This document shows positions 47,130-60,561 of a stretch of DNA of 64,000 nucleotides, piece after piece. Under the pieces are notes generated by a model. That model was not told where the DNA came from, did no database searches, and saw only the letters and a program-made list of their open reading frames with translations. Location of the stretch: assembly GCF_009914755.1 (NCBI RefSeq), contig NC_060933.1. The stretch is one strand, 5' to 3'. Position 1 is the first letter of the stretch; each line of letters begins with the position of its first letter. Source of the DNA: the human T2T-CHM13v2.0 reference genome, Homo sapiens. The position numbers and the translations under genes are program-made.

Positions 47130-47480
47130 ATAATGAACCCATTGAACTCATATTGCTGGGTTCAAATCCTAGTTCTAATGCTTATTAGATATCTGACTAG
47201 GGGACCCATTACTTTATCTTTCTATGCTTCAATTATTTTATTCTCTGCAAAGTTGGGATAATATAGTAAGTACTTTTTTCACAGGGTGGTTATGAGGATT
47301 AAGCGATTAATACATATGAAGCACTGGGAAAAATGTCAGTCACTTAGTAACATCCAATAAGCTATTATTGTTATTCTCATTTTACAGATGATTCAAAAAA
47401 CACAATTCTCAAACAACTAATTGACATGGCTGAAGTTACCCAACAAGTTAATGAAAGAGTCAGATGCTGAAATTAGGTCT
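47130..47480. mobile_element. Two MIR elements (plus then minus, tail to tail)
   Basis: ctgggttcaaatcctagttct...agggtggttatgaggattaa; attctcattttacagatga. Confidence 0.65.
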
Positions 47481-47584
47481 TTTAGAAAGCTCTGCTGGAA
47501 ATAAGCGTTTTAAGAGTAATTTGAATAATTTGGCTTGGGAACGAAAAATTGCCAATTTTACCTTTGTTTAGCCCAAGTTTTATA

Positions 47585-48037
47585 CCAATCATTCTAAAAA
47601 ATATATCAAGACTTTTTACCAGTCTTAAAAATTATTAAGGACCAAAAAGAGGTCGTGTTTATGTAGTTTGTATCTATTGATATTAATAATATTAGAAATT
47701 AAAGCTAACAAACTTAAAAATTACTTATGAATACATTAAAAACCTATTAAATGCTTTCATAAATAGCATATTTTTAATGAAAATAATTATTTTCTAAGAC
47801 AAAAATATTTAGTGAGAAAAGTGGCATTATTTATATTTCTGCAAATCTCTAATGTCTGTCAGAAAGACAGCTGGAGTCTCACATCTACCACTGCATTCAA
47901 TCTGCTGCAATATCACTCTGGAAAACTCAAATGTACATGTATCTTCTTACTCATAGGAAAGTAGTTTTGACTTGACATACCTTCTGATAGTCTCACAGAT
48001 CCCCAGAGGTTCCCAGACCATACTTTGAGAATCATTG
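47585..48037. mobile_element. Charlie1-family hAT DNA transposon remnant
   Basis: tcttaaaaattattaaggacc, atttagtgagaaaagtggcatt, gacagctgga...ctgcattcaatctg, cagaccatactttgagaatcattg. Confidence 0.8.
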
Positions 48038-48811
48038 ATCTAGATAAAATCAGAAATTTGAGATGGGAGAGATACAAATCTTGCCCAAGTCTCCAAATCT
48101 ACTTTGGAAGTGGAAACTCAGTGGCCAAGAAAAACCTTTCCAGGGAGAAAACATTTGTTGCCTTTGCACAAGATAACTCCAGTTAAAATCATCACAATAG
48201 ATGTCTACAGCCACCTCAAAATATTCATTGCTTTGACTAAATATGAAATATTCCCCCTCCAAACCCTTTCTCCAGATTTGTGTGTCTGAAAGAGCTGAGG
48301 TGAAATAGAGATGGTGCACAATAGCTCAGAAGTAAATTAATGAGTAAAAGAGTATACTCTGAATTCACAAGAAAATGAGAAAAATTCCATGTACTCACCT
48401 TCTTGTCCCTCTAAGCTCCTTGGAATTCCTGAGTATTATATTAGTTTTCTTTGTGGTGGGAGTTGGAGAATTATAATGTCCTCTTCTTGCAGTTGATGGG
48501 CATAGATGAGGCATTTGAAAGATAACTTCTACTTGATAATAGACCCAATGACCTGTGAAGATTTCAATTCTCTTCTTCTTATCCATCAGATCTTTATAGT
48601 TCTGAAGACCTGCTATTAGACGGACTGCATTTAGAGAAGGAAAATTATTTTCTTATCTAAAAAAACTTTAGATAAGCCATTTTTGTAATGAGGTTCATTC
48701 TGATGAGGCCTGAGTATTTGTGGCCTCCTCAACAGACTAAATCTTTTATTTCTTCAGGCAAATCTTGAAGTTCCACATTCTGTCTTAATGCCGTCTGTAA
48801 TTTATCCATAT

Positions 48812-49720
48812 CCATTTATTCATTCAAAATTTGTTGGCTAGCTATTATGCCAGACATGGTATTAGATACTGCTGACTAAATATGAATGTCCAAATTTATA
48901 TATTTGAAGAGTTTGGAAGAAGGTATAAATTATTTAAATATATGTGAACTATATGTGAAAAACACTGTGCTAGAGACATGGATACAGTTCTTTGGAAGAC
49001 AAGCAGGGGAAGACTAATTGTAGTTGAATGATTTGTAAAAAGTTTCTCACTGGAGCTCGGTCCTGTAAGAGGCATTGTGATTCAGGGGATTCTTGATGAG
49101 AGAAGGGCATTCTTGAAGGGAACAGAGTGAGTAGAAGTTTGGAGTTGTGAAGAAGCCTGAGATGTGCAGGGAATGATGAGAAGCTGGAATGTACGGTGCA
49201 CATGAATGGAGGCTAGAACAAGGTTGGAAAGGAAGGCTGTGGTTAAACTGGGGACAGGCTCTAGGGATTGAAAAGGGGGATTTGTACTTTATCCTGTAGG
49301 CCACAGGGAACCATCAGTGGGCTGTTTTCTGTTGCCATGTATGTTTTAGAAAGATCTTTCTGCTTGTGGATAGGCAGGAAGAGGAATGAGCAGTGCTCCA
49401 TGTGAAGTAAGATGGTTCACTTTCACTAAGGCAATGGCAATGGGAAGAGAAGGGAGGCAGTGGGGACAGAGTTGAGAGGTATGTAGAAGCTTGCATCAAC
49501 CAGACCTCATTCTAGATATGGAGAATGAGAATTCATCCTTAAGGACAACTTATAGGAGACTGAACTGGTGAATTAAAATAGTTACTAATTCAGGTGTAGA
49601 AAACTGGAGCAATGACAGGAGTTTGTGGAAATGCTGATACTGATTTTAAACATTCTGAATTTGACCCATCTATGGTTTATCTTGGTGACACTTAGAAATA
49701 TGAATCTCAAGAGAGGTTGA
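48812..49720 (-). mobile_element. LINE-2 fragments
   Basis: catttattcattcaa, tatgccagacatggtattagata, actttatcctgtaggccacagggaacca, gttttagaaagatc. Confidence 0.6.
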
Positions 49721-50037
49721 GAAGAAGTTATGTGTTTTCTTTCTAGAAACATCTGTAACCAGCTTAATGTATACTACATATGAACTTGATGACAAACCCT
49801 TTGCTGTTGTTTGTACGGATGTCTTATGTCTTCAGCAAGAAATAAAAATTTCAAAGGGTTCCAAATATTTGTCCTTGGTAGTAAGCTTTTAAAAGGCAGA
49901 AACACTGGGTTCTACTTCTTTTTTTTTCTCACAGATCCTAATACAGGGGTAGGCACAAATTGGGAAATAAACACTTAAAGGTATTCTTTAAAGTAAGAAG
50001 ATAGAATCAGAGAATGAAGGCAATAAAGAATAGTTTA

Positions 50038-50358
50038 GGCCAGGTGGGGTCCTCATACTTGTAATCCCAGCACTTTGGGAGGCTGAGGGGAAGATAGATC
50101 CCTTGAGTCCGGGAGTCCTAGACCAGCCTGGGCAACGTGGCGAAATCCTATCTCTACAAAAAAAAAAAAAAAGAAAAAGAAAATGCAAAAATTAGCCAGG
50201 AGTGGTGGCACATGCCTATAGTTCCAGCTGTTTGGGAGGCTGAGGTTGGAAGATCCTTTGAGCCCAGGAGGTGGTGGTTGCATGAGCTGAGATCACACCA
50301 CTGCACTCCAGCCTGGGCAACAGAGCAAGACCCTGTCTCAAAAAAAAAAAAAAAAAAA
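50038..50358 (+). mobile_element. AluJ
   Basis: Dimer with an expanded middle A tract; TSD aaagaatagttta. Confidence 0.92.
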
Positions 50359-50581
50359 GAATAGTTTAGAAAACTGAGCAATTAAAGTAATTCAGAGGAC
50401 TTAAAAAAGAAAAAAAATCCCTCATAAAGATTCTTAGTAAGAAGTGGGGAGAAAAATAGAATCTAGAGATACAAAGAAAGATGAAGAATATGGGCAATTA
50501 TGGCTTTAAAAAATATTTAATGCTAACAGTAATTGAAAGAAAGATTATTACCAGAAGGGATTTTTTTAGAAGGGAATTTTA

Positions 50582-51335
50582 TTTATTTATTTTTTATATA
50601 TATATTTTTATTATACTTTAAGTTCTAGGGTACATGTGCACAACATGCAGGTTTGTTACATATGTATACATGTGCCATGTTGGTGTGCTGCACCCATTAA
50701 CTCGTCATTTACATTAGGTATTTCTCCTAATGCTATCCCTCCCCCCATCCCCCCACCCCACAACAGGCCCCGGTGTGTGATGTTCCCCTTCCTTTGTCCA
50801 AGTGTTCTCATTGTTCAATTCCCACCTATGAGTGAGAACACGCAGTGTTTGTTTTTTTGTTCTTGCGATAGTTTGCTCCCAAGCGCTACAAAGGACGTGA
50901 ACTCATCCTTTTTTATGGCTGCATAGTATTCCATGGTGTGTATGTGCCACATTTTCTTAATCCAGTCTATCATTATTGGACATTAGGGTTGGTTCCAAGT
51001 CTTTGCTATTGTGAAGAGTGCCACAATAAACATACGTGTGCATATGTCTTTATAGAAGCATGATTTATAATCCTTTGGGTATGTACCCAGTAATGGGATT
51101 GCTGGGTCAAATGGTATTTCTAGTTCTAGATCGCTGAGGAATCGCCACACTGTCTTCCACAATGGTTGAATGAGTTTACAGTCCCACCAACAGTGTAAAA
51201 ATGTTCCTATTTCTCCACATCGTATCCAGCACCTGTTGTTTCCTGACTTTTTAATGATCGCCATTCTAACTGGTGTGAGATGGTATCTCATTGTGGTTTT
51301 GATTTGCTTTCTCTGATGGCCAGTGATGATGAGCA
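50582..51335 (-). mobile_element. 5'-truncated primate L1PA
   Basis: ttatactttaagttctagggtacatgtgcacaac; ORF2 C-terminal remnant [27 protein letters not shown]; 16-bp TSD ttagaagggaatttta (50566-50581, 51336-51351). Confidence 0.95.
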
Positions 51336-54300
51336 TTAGAAGGGAATTTTAAAAATATAAAATACTCATAAGGGTACATACTCTTAGAAAATTTAAACAA
51401 AAAAGTCATTGAGAGTTAATAATAAGGTAGTTGAATTTGAGAATTTCAGTAAAAAATCCTGGATCTCTGAATATAAAGACACTGAATAAACAAAAAGTGC
51501 CATTTATTATTAATATAATTAAAAGGGACTTAAACACTTTAAAAATAATGTTTTGGGAGTTTTTGCGCCCCATACAGAGAGGTTACTGAGTATTGATTGA
51601 CTGAAGGTAAATTCCTACTGTCCAGAGACAAGAGATAAACTCAGTGGAATGGACTAGGTTTTTTTGCTACAGGAACAATGGTGACTTTGTCAAGCAAATT
51701 TTTCACTTTGTTTTATTTTCAGTCTATATCTTGTTTTCTATCTCATTTTCCTATATCACTACATATCTATGATTATTATGTAAAAATCACTTTTCTTACT
51801 TTGTAACAGATACTGGTTTGCTTTAGAAAGTGTTAAAAATCTAACTTCTGATCAGCTTTAAAGAACATAGTCTCTGGGTGGTCCATGTCTGATCCATACC
51901 ATTACTTTAACTTTGTTTTGTTACTATTAATATTCAAACAAAAATAGCTTAAGAGGACCTGCCAGATGAATGAGATTGTGTCATATTCCTCTTCAATAAT
52001 AAAAATCTTGCTAAGGCTGGCACCTGGGGAAAGGCTAGTGAGATTAAAATCAGTGACTCTTTCACCTCCCTTTGCTCTGTCAAGCATAAGAGAAAGAGGA
52101 ACTGTGAAGCCTTGACAAGGAGAGCAGGGACTTTAATTGAGGGCAAGAAGGGCTCAGGCCTTGTTTCCTAATTATAGATGTTTTTTCAAACATCAGAGGT
52201 GCAAATTCAAAATATGTTGCAATTTATTGGTGAGTACAGTCTACTTAAATAAAGGACTGTTTAATTCAAATAAATTTAGAAGGCTTTTTCTTAAGCCAGC
52301 TTCATGTATATTATATTATTGTATCCCTGGAGAATGTAAAATTCTGAATGTGGACCTGCACCTTGCTATTTTTTCCCCCACTTGGATCTTCTTTGGTGTG
52401 TATGTGACTGTGTTTATATGTGTCTCCTATGTGTCCATCTTATTTTTGGGTGTAGAGGAGAGGTTCCTGATGACTCGCACTCTTTACTTCTCGATACAAT
52501 CACATACATTACTTTTATAGCTTCCATCCTGCCATTTCAATGAATGGGAAATATGATCACAGGGTAATATGAGTTAATAAGTAATTTTAGGAGGATATTG
52601 CTTAAAAATGGTTTTTCAGTTATGTTCCAATTGGTTCCTTGTGTTGATAAAATGAGAGCTTCCTTAACAGTAGAATTCACATCATAAAGTTGAGTTGAAG
52701 TTTGAGGATTCTTGCTACCATTTAACATTTAATGGCACTCAATTTTCTGGACTCATATTTTTGACATAGTGTTCTATGTTTCATCTGTCACCGATGAGTC
52801 CTACTTGGACCTGTAAGCCAAATGAATGCCACCTATTAAGTGTTGTAGTGTGCTCTTCGATTGTTCATTTATTTAGTAGGTTATTATTAATTTAATGACT
52901 ATGGTCCTAGTTCCTTTCACATATGGTGCCATCAGTGGAGGAGGGGTTCAAATGTTTCTATGGTATTTATATTTTTTGTTATGTGAATGCCACATAAGCA
53001 GCTCTGCAGCCAGAATTTCTTGGTGGCCCAAATATAAAGCCTTATAATTAGAAGTATATGGTGCTATAATAAAAACATTATCAAACCAGCTGTACTAGGT
53101 GTACAGATTTTCTGTTTTTATTCATGTGTGTGCATCTATTACAAACACAGCACAAATAGAATATAAAAATAAGTTAACACTCACAGCCAAACCTGTTAAA
53201 TTTAGTTCAACAAATTGTATGAAACCCTCCATCTGTTTGCTACATTATTCTCACAATGATAATAGGCAAGGCAGATTTGCTAGCTGGGTTTTATAGAGAG
53301 AATGGCTTGTTCAAAAAATATGTAATGCACTCCCCTAAATGAAACCACACCAAACCGCATTATTTTCTTCTCTGTGGCTTCGAGTGTTTATGTTGTGATA
53401 TTACATTTTCACAGATGTTATTACTGATCTGTTGTGCCAAAGAATGATTTTGAAGCTCATTTATCAATAATTATTGCTCTGGCCAGTATGAATGTTCCAA
53501 AAGAGCAAGCAAATGTGAGGAACAGATCTTTTGATTTCTTTAGTAATAGGTCATGAATAGCTGTTTCTTGCCTTTAGTACCTTTTTCTATGATTTGCTCT
53601 TGGCATTGCAAATACATTTATATTTTCAAAAATACAGGAGGGCCACAAAGGTCTTTACCATGTAATAATTTATAAATTGAATAATATTCACATTGTAGGG
53701 TTATTGAGGATTGCATGAGATAAAGAAGTGTCTAGCACCAATGCTGATTTCTTAGCTGATGAAGCTGACTTGACTTACTTAGCTGTCAGCACCTACATCC
53801 TGTTAGTAATAATTGTGAATTACTGCAGACATCTCTCAGAATTCCCATGACATGTCTTTCTAGAAAGCCAGAATTTTTCTGAATATAGTTTTATGAACAA
53901 CTATCTTAGTTCTCAGGTACTAATTCTCTTACTGTCTGAGAACTAAGATAGTTCTCAGATACTCATGATAATTTTTATTTTTTCAATTAAAATGAAAAAT
54001 TATTTAGCTCCTACTATGTGTGAAGAATTTGTGTACTAGATATATAGGGAGCAAAGATAAATGCATCACAGTCTACACAGGTTCAAACAGTAATTTGAAA
54101 CACTAGTCACACTTTTATTCCATTAAACACTGATTTTTCCTTCCAGTTTTTGGATTTTTCTTGGCTACATGCCTGGAAAAACCTTAAAACCTATCAAGAA
54201 GACATATACCATTCATGCCACACATATAATATCATTCATTATTTTAATAACTCTTTTATTTATTATTATTTTTACATATAAACAGCTCTGGAGGCATCCT

Positions 54301-55156
54301 ATAGAGAGAGAAACTATGGCACAGATCAGGTTTCACTGCCACTGTGTTTGTTAGTAAACCAAGTATCCCTAGGTCCTCTGGGTATCAGGGCCCACAGGCC
54401 CCTTTTGTATCTGAATAGTAATAGTAGATCTCCCCACTGCCACATTCAGCATAACCACAGGAAGACCTGTCTTCAGGTTTTCATCCCTCTTGTATCTGGA
54501 AATCCCCAAGGAACACATTCTGTTTTCCAAATCTAATTTTGGGGGATGGATTTGGGAGTCTTGTGGCAGCTTCTCCAGGCTGCTTCCACACTCCCTTGCA
54601 ACTTTGCTCCAAATGTGAAAACAAGCCCCTCATCTGACCCTCTGCAGCATACTTATGGTTAAACGCAAACATTTTGCAAACTCTACTAAAGAGCTGCAGG
54701 TGATTCAGGAAATTACAACACAGAAAAAAATTTTAAATATGAATTTGCCTATTATAACTCCTAGAGTTCAGAGGCCATATTCTTTTACAGGATGATGTCT
54801 ACTGGTTTTCCTTCTTCTCTGTTCCAACCCAGTGGCAGTGTTTACCTCCACAACAGGAGTGAGAACCTTTGACCAGGTTTTCTTTATTCAGAGACCTGAC
54901 ACCCCAACTTTCTCTTGGGCTAACTGTGAAGAAAAAAGAATAACAAAACACTTTCTCTTTACCTCCAGGCTGTGGTCCATGTTGCAGTAAACCTATAACC
55001 TCCTTTTCAGATGAAACTCTACCTCTATTTAAGAAGGCCTTTTATGTTATTAGATAGAAGAGTTTAGCATCTGGTTTTCTCAGCTCACGCATTCCTGAAA
55101 AGCAGGATTTATAAATTCAGATATCTTTGTAATCTGGTAAATATAAATGGGTGATG

Positions 55157-55470
55157 GGCTGGGCACGGAGGCTCATGCCTGTAATCCCAGCACTTTGGGA
55201 GGCCAAGGTGGGCGGATCACGAGGTCAGGAGATCGAGAACATCCTGGCTAACACAGTGAAACCCCATCTCTCCTAAAAATACAAAAAAAAAAATTAGCCA
55301 GGCATGGTGGCAGGCGACTGTAGTCCCAGATACTCAGGAGGCTGAGGTGGGAGAATGGCATGAACCCGGGAGGCGGAGCTTATAGTGAGCCGAGATTGTG
55401 GCACTGCACTCCAGCCTGGGCGACAGAGCAAGATTCCATCTCCAAAAAAAAATATATATATATATATATA
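55157..55470 (+). mobile_element. AluY with an A/(TA)n tail
   Basis: gagatcgaga.catcctggctaac, gaatggcatgaacccgggaggcggagctt; TSD atgggtgatg. Confidence 0.95.
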
Positions 55471-57147
55471 TGGGTGATGTGGGCTTGGTATAAGAAAATG
55501 TATGCTGTCTTCAATCTTTTTTTGAAATAAATGGTTGGACTTCTTGGGTGTACTTTTTAACACAACCTTTGATAGGAAAAAGTTTAGGAAATATTTAGCT
55601 TAAGTGGGATGACATTTATCTGACATATATAATAAATAGGGAAAGATGGGGACCATGGTAAGTGGATAACAGATGCTTCACCTACAGAGAACCTAGGACT
55701 CAGATTTAGCTGTTGACACCACATGAGAGCATGAGTGGGGCATTCCCAACTCTTCCTACTATTTGGAGAGACAACAGGAATTCCCATTTCTATGAGGTGA
55801 CTGTTTTTTAATTCCAAAATTTAAAAAACACTATGAGGGTTGATATTGTATGTTTCAAGTGAAACATGTTGGTAGGCCACATCTGACCTTGAGAGTGCAA
55901 TTTCTCAGCCTCTGTTGAAAAGGATTTGGGCTTCACTTTTGCAAAGCCAAAAGGCTAGAAGTTCAATGGAAATGTTTTTGTTTTTGATTTTGTTTTGGCC
56001 AAATCTATAAATAGTGTTTTTATTGTTTTGTGGAATAACAGGATCAACAAGTTATGACATTATTATAGTATTTTGTCCCTGCTACATAGACAAGATGAAG
56101 ATTTTGGGAAGAACAGTAGTTTACCTGAAAATATTTGATTTAGTTACAGGAATTAGTTTGGATAGAAGAAAGGACATGAAAGGTTTGGAATCAGGCAGAC
56201 CTAGGCTTAAACCCACCTCTGACATTCAAATGTAAGTTGGTGTAACAGACAAACTCTGTGACTCACCTTCTGATTTGTAAAATGGGAATAATAAAGCTTA
56301 CCTTACAAATAAGAGTAAGGCCAGATAATTCATACAACTGGCTGGTCCATAGTAAGCGTTAAAAAATACCAGTTTCTTCTTTTCTACCTCCTGTTTACTT
56401 GGTTGTTTATTAATTCCCACCATTTGCCTTAGTTCCAAAGCCAGAACTTTAAGTTTGTTTTGTTTGTGTGTGTAGGTTTTGCAGTGTTTAGAAGTGGGAT
56501 GGCTATCTCAACAAGTTCCAACGAATTCTTAGTTTTATCAAATGGAAGACTCTCTGGTCTCTTGCCCAGGATTTGTTATGGCATTGCCCCAGTACATTTT
56601 GTTGTATTCCTAGTACTGCATTAATCCATCTAGCTGTGCTCACTTGATGTCCAATGGCTGGTCCTGCTGACATACCCTTAGCAACCTTACTGTGCTTGTA
56701 AGTATCACCCACAGCAGGCAAGTAGCTCCTCCACCAATTACACATTTAATTGTTTCACTAGTTGCATATATTTCTCTGTTACATTGTCATTCATATTATT
56801 TTTAGTGGAATTTGGGGCAGAAAAGCTACTATCATTTTTTCTCTTTGTCATTATTGGTTTGCATAGCCAGTGCAAAGCAATCTGAAGAAAACACAGGTTG
56901 TTTATCAGGAATGCTATGTTCTAGTTGTTCTAGTAGCAGAAGGTCCGCCATTAACTGTATGCCATTAGGCAATTCTCCTGATTCTTGGGTGCTTGGTTAT
57001 CTCTTTTGTAAATCCAAGTTAATAATAGTGTTTGCCCTGCTAGCTCTCTGGGTTGTCATGAGATAATAGATAACAAGGAATTTCCCTCTGCAAATGCAAT
57101 GTGACTGAACAATAAAGGTCATCATTTTAGAATTTTAAGGAATAGGA

Positions 57148-57272
57148 CAGGGTTCCTCAAACGTTGCTCTATACTAGAACCACCTGGGGAGCTTTCAAAG
57201 CACCCCATGCTCAAACACAGCTTATAGTCATTAAATCAGACTCTGGTGTGGAGCCTAGGTGTTGGTATTTTT
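57148..57272 (+). mobile_element. MER5A-type hAT MITE, first part (split by the DDX10 retrocopy)
   Basis: cagggttcctcaaac...agaaccacctggggagcttt...ttaaatcagactctgg. Confidence 0.75.
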
Positions 57273-60200
57273 TTTTAATAGGAAATATGTTTATTATTGA
57301 TCATCTCAATTCAAAAATACTCATTCTTTCTCAGGGCTGGTCCATCATACTCAGTCTCTTTGCAAATATTAAATACATCAAAATCATGAGCAATTTTAAC
57401 AGTAACATAGAAACTTCTGTACAGTAAGCGAGACAGGAATTTCTAACAATGACACAAGAGCTCCAGAACTTGCCAGTAAAACAAAGGAAGCATTTCCAAT
57501 GACAAGGCTTAGGAACCCATGGATAAAAATCTAACAGAACACATGCTGGAAAATGGGGTCAGGAAATAGTATCATCTATCCTCGATCTGAGTATGCTCAG
57601 TGATGGCACAAAGCATGCCCTGTGAGAGGGACTTGGAAATACAATTGCTTCTATCCAGAAATGTGCCCTTTGGGAATGGGACATATGGTACCTAAGTGCC
57701 CCCAAATCAATTGTTTTTCAGCATCTTGTCTACACAATCATAACCAAGGTTTCAAGGAGAAGGCAGGCGCAGGAAGTATTTAGCTTTAACTTCTTAGCAG
57801 ATGTAACACCAGCTCTTCATCCTCTGCTAAAGACAGGCCAGTATCCAAAGGCTCTAAAGTGTCCCACGTGGCCTTCTTTCTGTTATGACTTGTTGGTCCT
57901 ACATCTTCCACTTCACTGTTCTTCCTCTTTTTCATTCCCTGCTTCTTCTTGGTATCACATTTTATTTTCCATATCTTCACTATCTGAATCTTCAGAGCTT
58001 CTGTACTTATCTGGATCTAGGAGTGTGCTTGGATCAAATCCATCATCATCATCATCACTCCAATCCAGAAAGTCTTCCTCTTCATCTTTGGCCTTTGCTT
58101 GTCTCGTGTTGGCTTCTCTTCTGGCTTCCCTTTCTTTCAGTCTTTTCTCCCAATGCTTTGCCTTAATTTTCTTCCTATATTCTTCTTTGTCAAATTTGTC
58201 CTCTTTCTGAAGTCTTCCCTTTGCTTTATCTAAGTTGATACCACCCGTGTCATCATCTTCCTCAGCATCCTTGATGGCAGATTTCTGCATTTGTGGCCAC
58301 TGTTGAACCAACTCCCCTTCATCAGTACATGTTATCTTCTTATTCGCTTTAAAATTTCTCTTCATTACTTTTTTTGCTTCTGCAACTTTGGTCACTTTTT
58401 TCTTGATGCTGGATTTAGAAGGTTCTTTCTTCTGTAATGTTTTCTCCTCTTTAAAGTCAAATCCAAACACATTGTGCCACTTCACCTTCAAGAAATCAGC
58501 ATCTTCTTCCTCCTCATCTCTGTCCAGGAACTGCATAGGAACTTCCTTGATCTTCTTTGCTTCACTGGTGTTAGGAAGAGATGGAGCTTGAGATCCTTTT
58601 GCTTTTGCCAGTTTCTCTTCCATTTCTTCTTCATTATCTTCCTCTTCCTCCTGTTCTTCATCACTAGTATCATTAGCCAGTCTGTGCTCTGTCCCTTTGA
58701 GTCTTTTTCCACCTTTCTGAAGGATGGACATTTTCTCATTGAAGAAGGCTCTAAATTCTTCCACTTTGTCATTGGTGAGGGAGGGAGCCCTTGGCTCAGT
58801 TACTTTATTGGCTTGGCTCATTACCAATTCTTTGGTGGGTTGTTTCTGCATTTTCTGAAGAAATCTTATGCATGGTGCCACAGCAAGCCCAAGAGACAGG
58901 GCATATTCAGGTATAGGTAACTTGCTCACATCAAATACTTCTTTATCCTTCATCAGATATACCAATCATATATCGGAGATGAAACACCTTTGAGCTCTTT
59001 CTTTTAAATCTTGATCTTCAGCTGAAAAAGATTCCAATTTTTTCTGGATATCTATAAGTTTTTCTGGATTGATTTTGATTTCCTTTATAGGTACTTTCTT
59101 CTGAAGAAGCTGCTGCACTATAGCTTTTTCTGAGGCAAGCAAAATTAATAAAGCTTCACCATCCTCTTTGTACCTGGCAGTTCTACCTGCTCTGTGAATA
59201 TATGTGTTGGCATCCTCAGGACAATCAAACTGAAGAGCCCAATTCACAGCCGGGAAATCCAGCCCCCTGGCTGCAACATCACTAGCAAAGAGTACTGCAG
59301 CTCTCTTACGGACAAACTCATTATAGACTTCCATTCTTCTCATTTGCTGCTATCGACCATGGAGGGCAAGGATAGAAATACCAGGACGTAGCTGGCAAAA
59401 CACTCGGTACAGATATCAGACCTTTTAGCAACTGGAAAAAAATACAATGCTCTTCTTCTTCAGGTGCCTTCTCAAAAAGGAATACAGCACACTTATTTTT
59501 TGCTGCTGCTCACAGACTATGTAGTTCTGTTCCAAAGTGGCAGGGGTGCTATATTTTGCATTTTTCATGAACCCAGACATACTCAGTGTTTTTCAAACTC
59601 AAGCGTGCAAGGTCCTTTACAGATATAGTTTGTGTTGCTGAGAAAAGTAAAGTCTGACGTTTCTTGGGGAGATTTTCAATAATAGCATTCATGGTATCAG
59701 CAAAGCCCACATCCAAGATTCTATATGCTTCATCAAGAACTAACATTAGGAGAGCAGTAGCATGAAAAGACACCGTTTCATCCATGTGTTGAAGAAGCCG
59801 ACCTGGTGCGCACACGAGTATATTTATGTTGTTGATCCTCTCAGCTTCGTGTTTCAGATACTTTCCACCAATGATGAGACCAGCTGAGAAGTCATGATTC
59901 TTTCCTACCTTTTGGAGAACCTCAAAGGTCTGATAGGTCAGTTCTCTCATAGGTGATATTATGAGAACCCCCAGCCCATCTGTTGAGGTCTATTGCAGAC
60001 GATATAAGGCTTCTAGCACTGGAACAAGGAAAGCCAAAGTCTTGCCAGATCCAGTTTTGGCCACTCCAGGTACATCTCTACCTTGCAAAGCCAATCCAAT
60101 GGTCTGCTTCTGTATCTCAGTTACCAAACGGTACTGAGCTTCTTGCAAACCTTTCAATGTTTTTTTGGACAAGGAAAAATCTGAAAATCTTGTAATTTCA

Positions 60201-60497
60201 TTTACATTTATCTTCTCATAGTTCTGCATGAGGCGGCTGTTACCCTCGCGCTCGACCTGCCATTCGGGTTTCTTCAGTTGCTTCCTCAACTGATTCTTTT
60301 TGTTCTGCCCGTGGCTGTGTTTTTTCTTCCAGCGATTGAAGCTCCGCACCGGGTCGGGTCGGGCTCCCGAACCCGGAGAGTCCGCAGTTTTGCCCATTGC
60401 GGCGGCAGCGACAGCTGGGATCACCCCCAGACACGAGACACCTAAGGCCAGGCTCATGGAACCAACATGCGGAAAACGCACAGAGGCGCATGCGTGA
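57273..60497 (-). pseudogene. DDX10P2: Processed pseudogene of the DEAD-box RNA helicase DDX10
   Basis: Intronless, from ATG 60397 ([20 protein letters not shown]) to the ancestral stop at 57780-57782; motifs [19 protein letters not shown] (DEAD mutated), SAT, HRAGRTAR; stops at 59990-59992, 58966-58968 and three more around 59350-59430; frameshifts ~59560 and ~57958; AATAAA 57295-57290, short poly(A), 14-bp TSD. Parent gene is secure; the P2 number is from recall. Confidence 0.93.
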
Positions 60498-60560
60498 GTG
60501 TTGGTATTTTTAAACTACTCACGTGATGCTACTGCACAGCCAAGTTTATGACCAGTGCTC
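60498..60560 (+). mobile_element. MER5A-type MITE, second part
   Basis: ttggtatttttaaactactcacgtgatgctactgcacagccaagtttatgaccagtg continues MER5A. Confidence 0.7.
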
Positions 60561-60561
60561 C

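Noticed and set aside
50983-51336. 117-aa ORF and other L1- or Alu-derived ORFs across the window
   Set aside because: Remnants of L1 ORF2 or standard Alu translations in truncated elements
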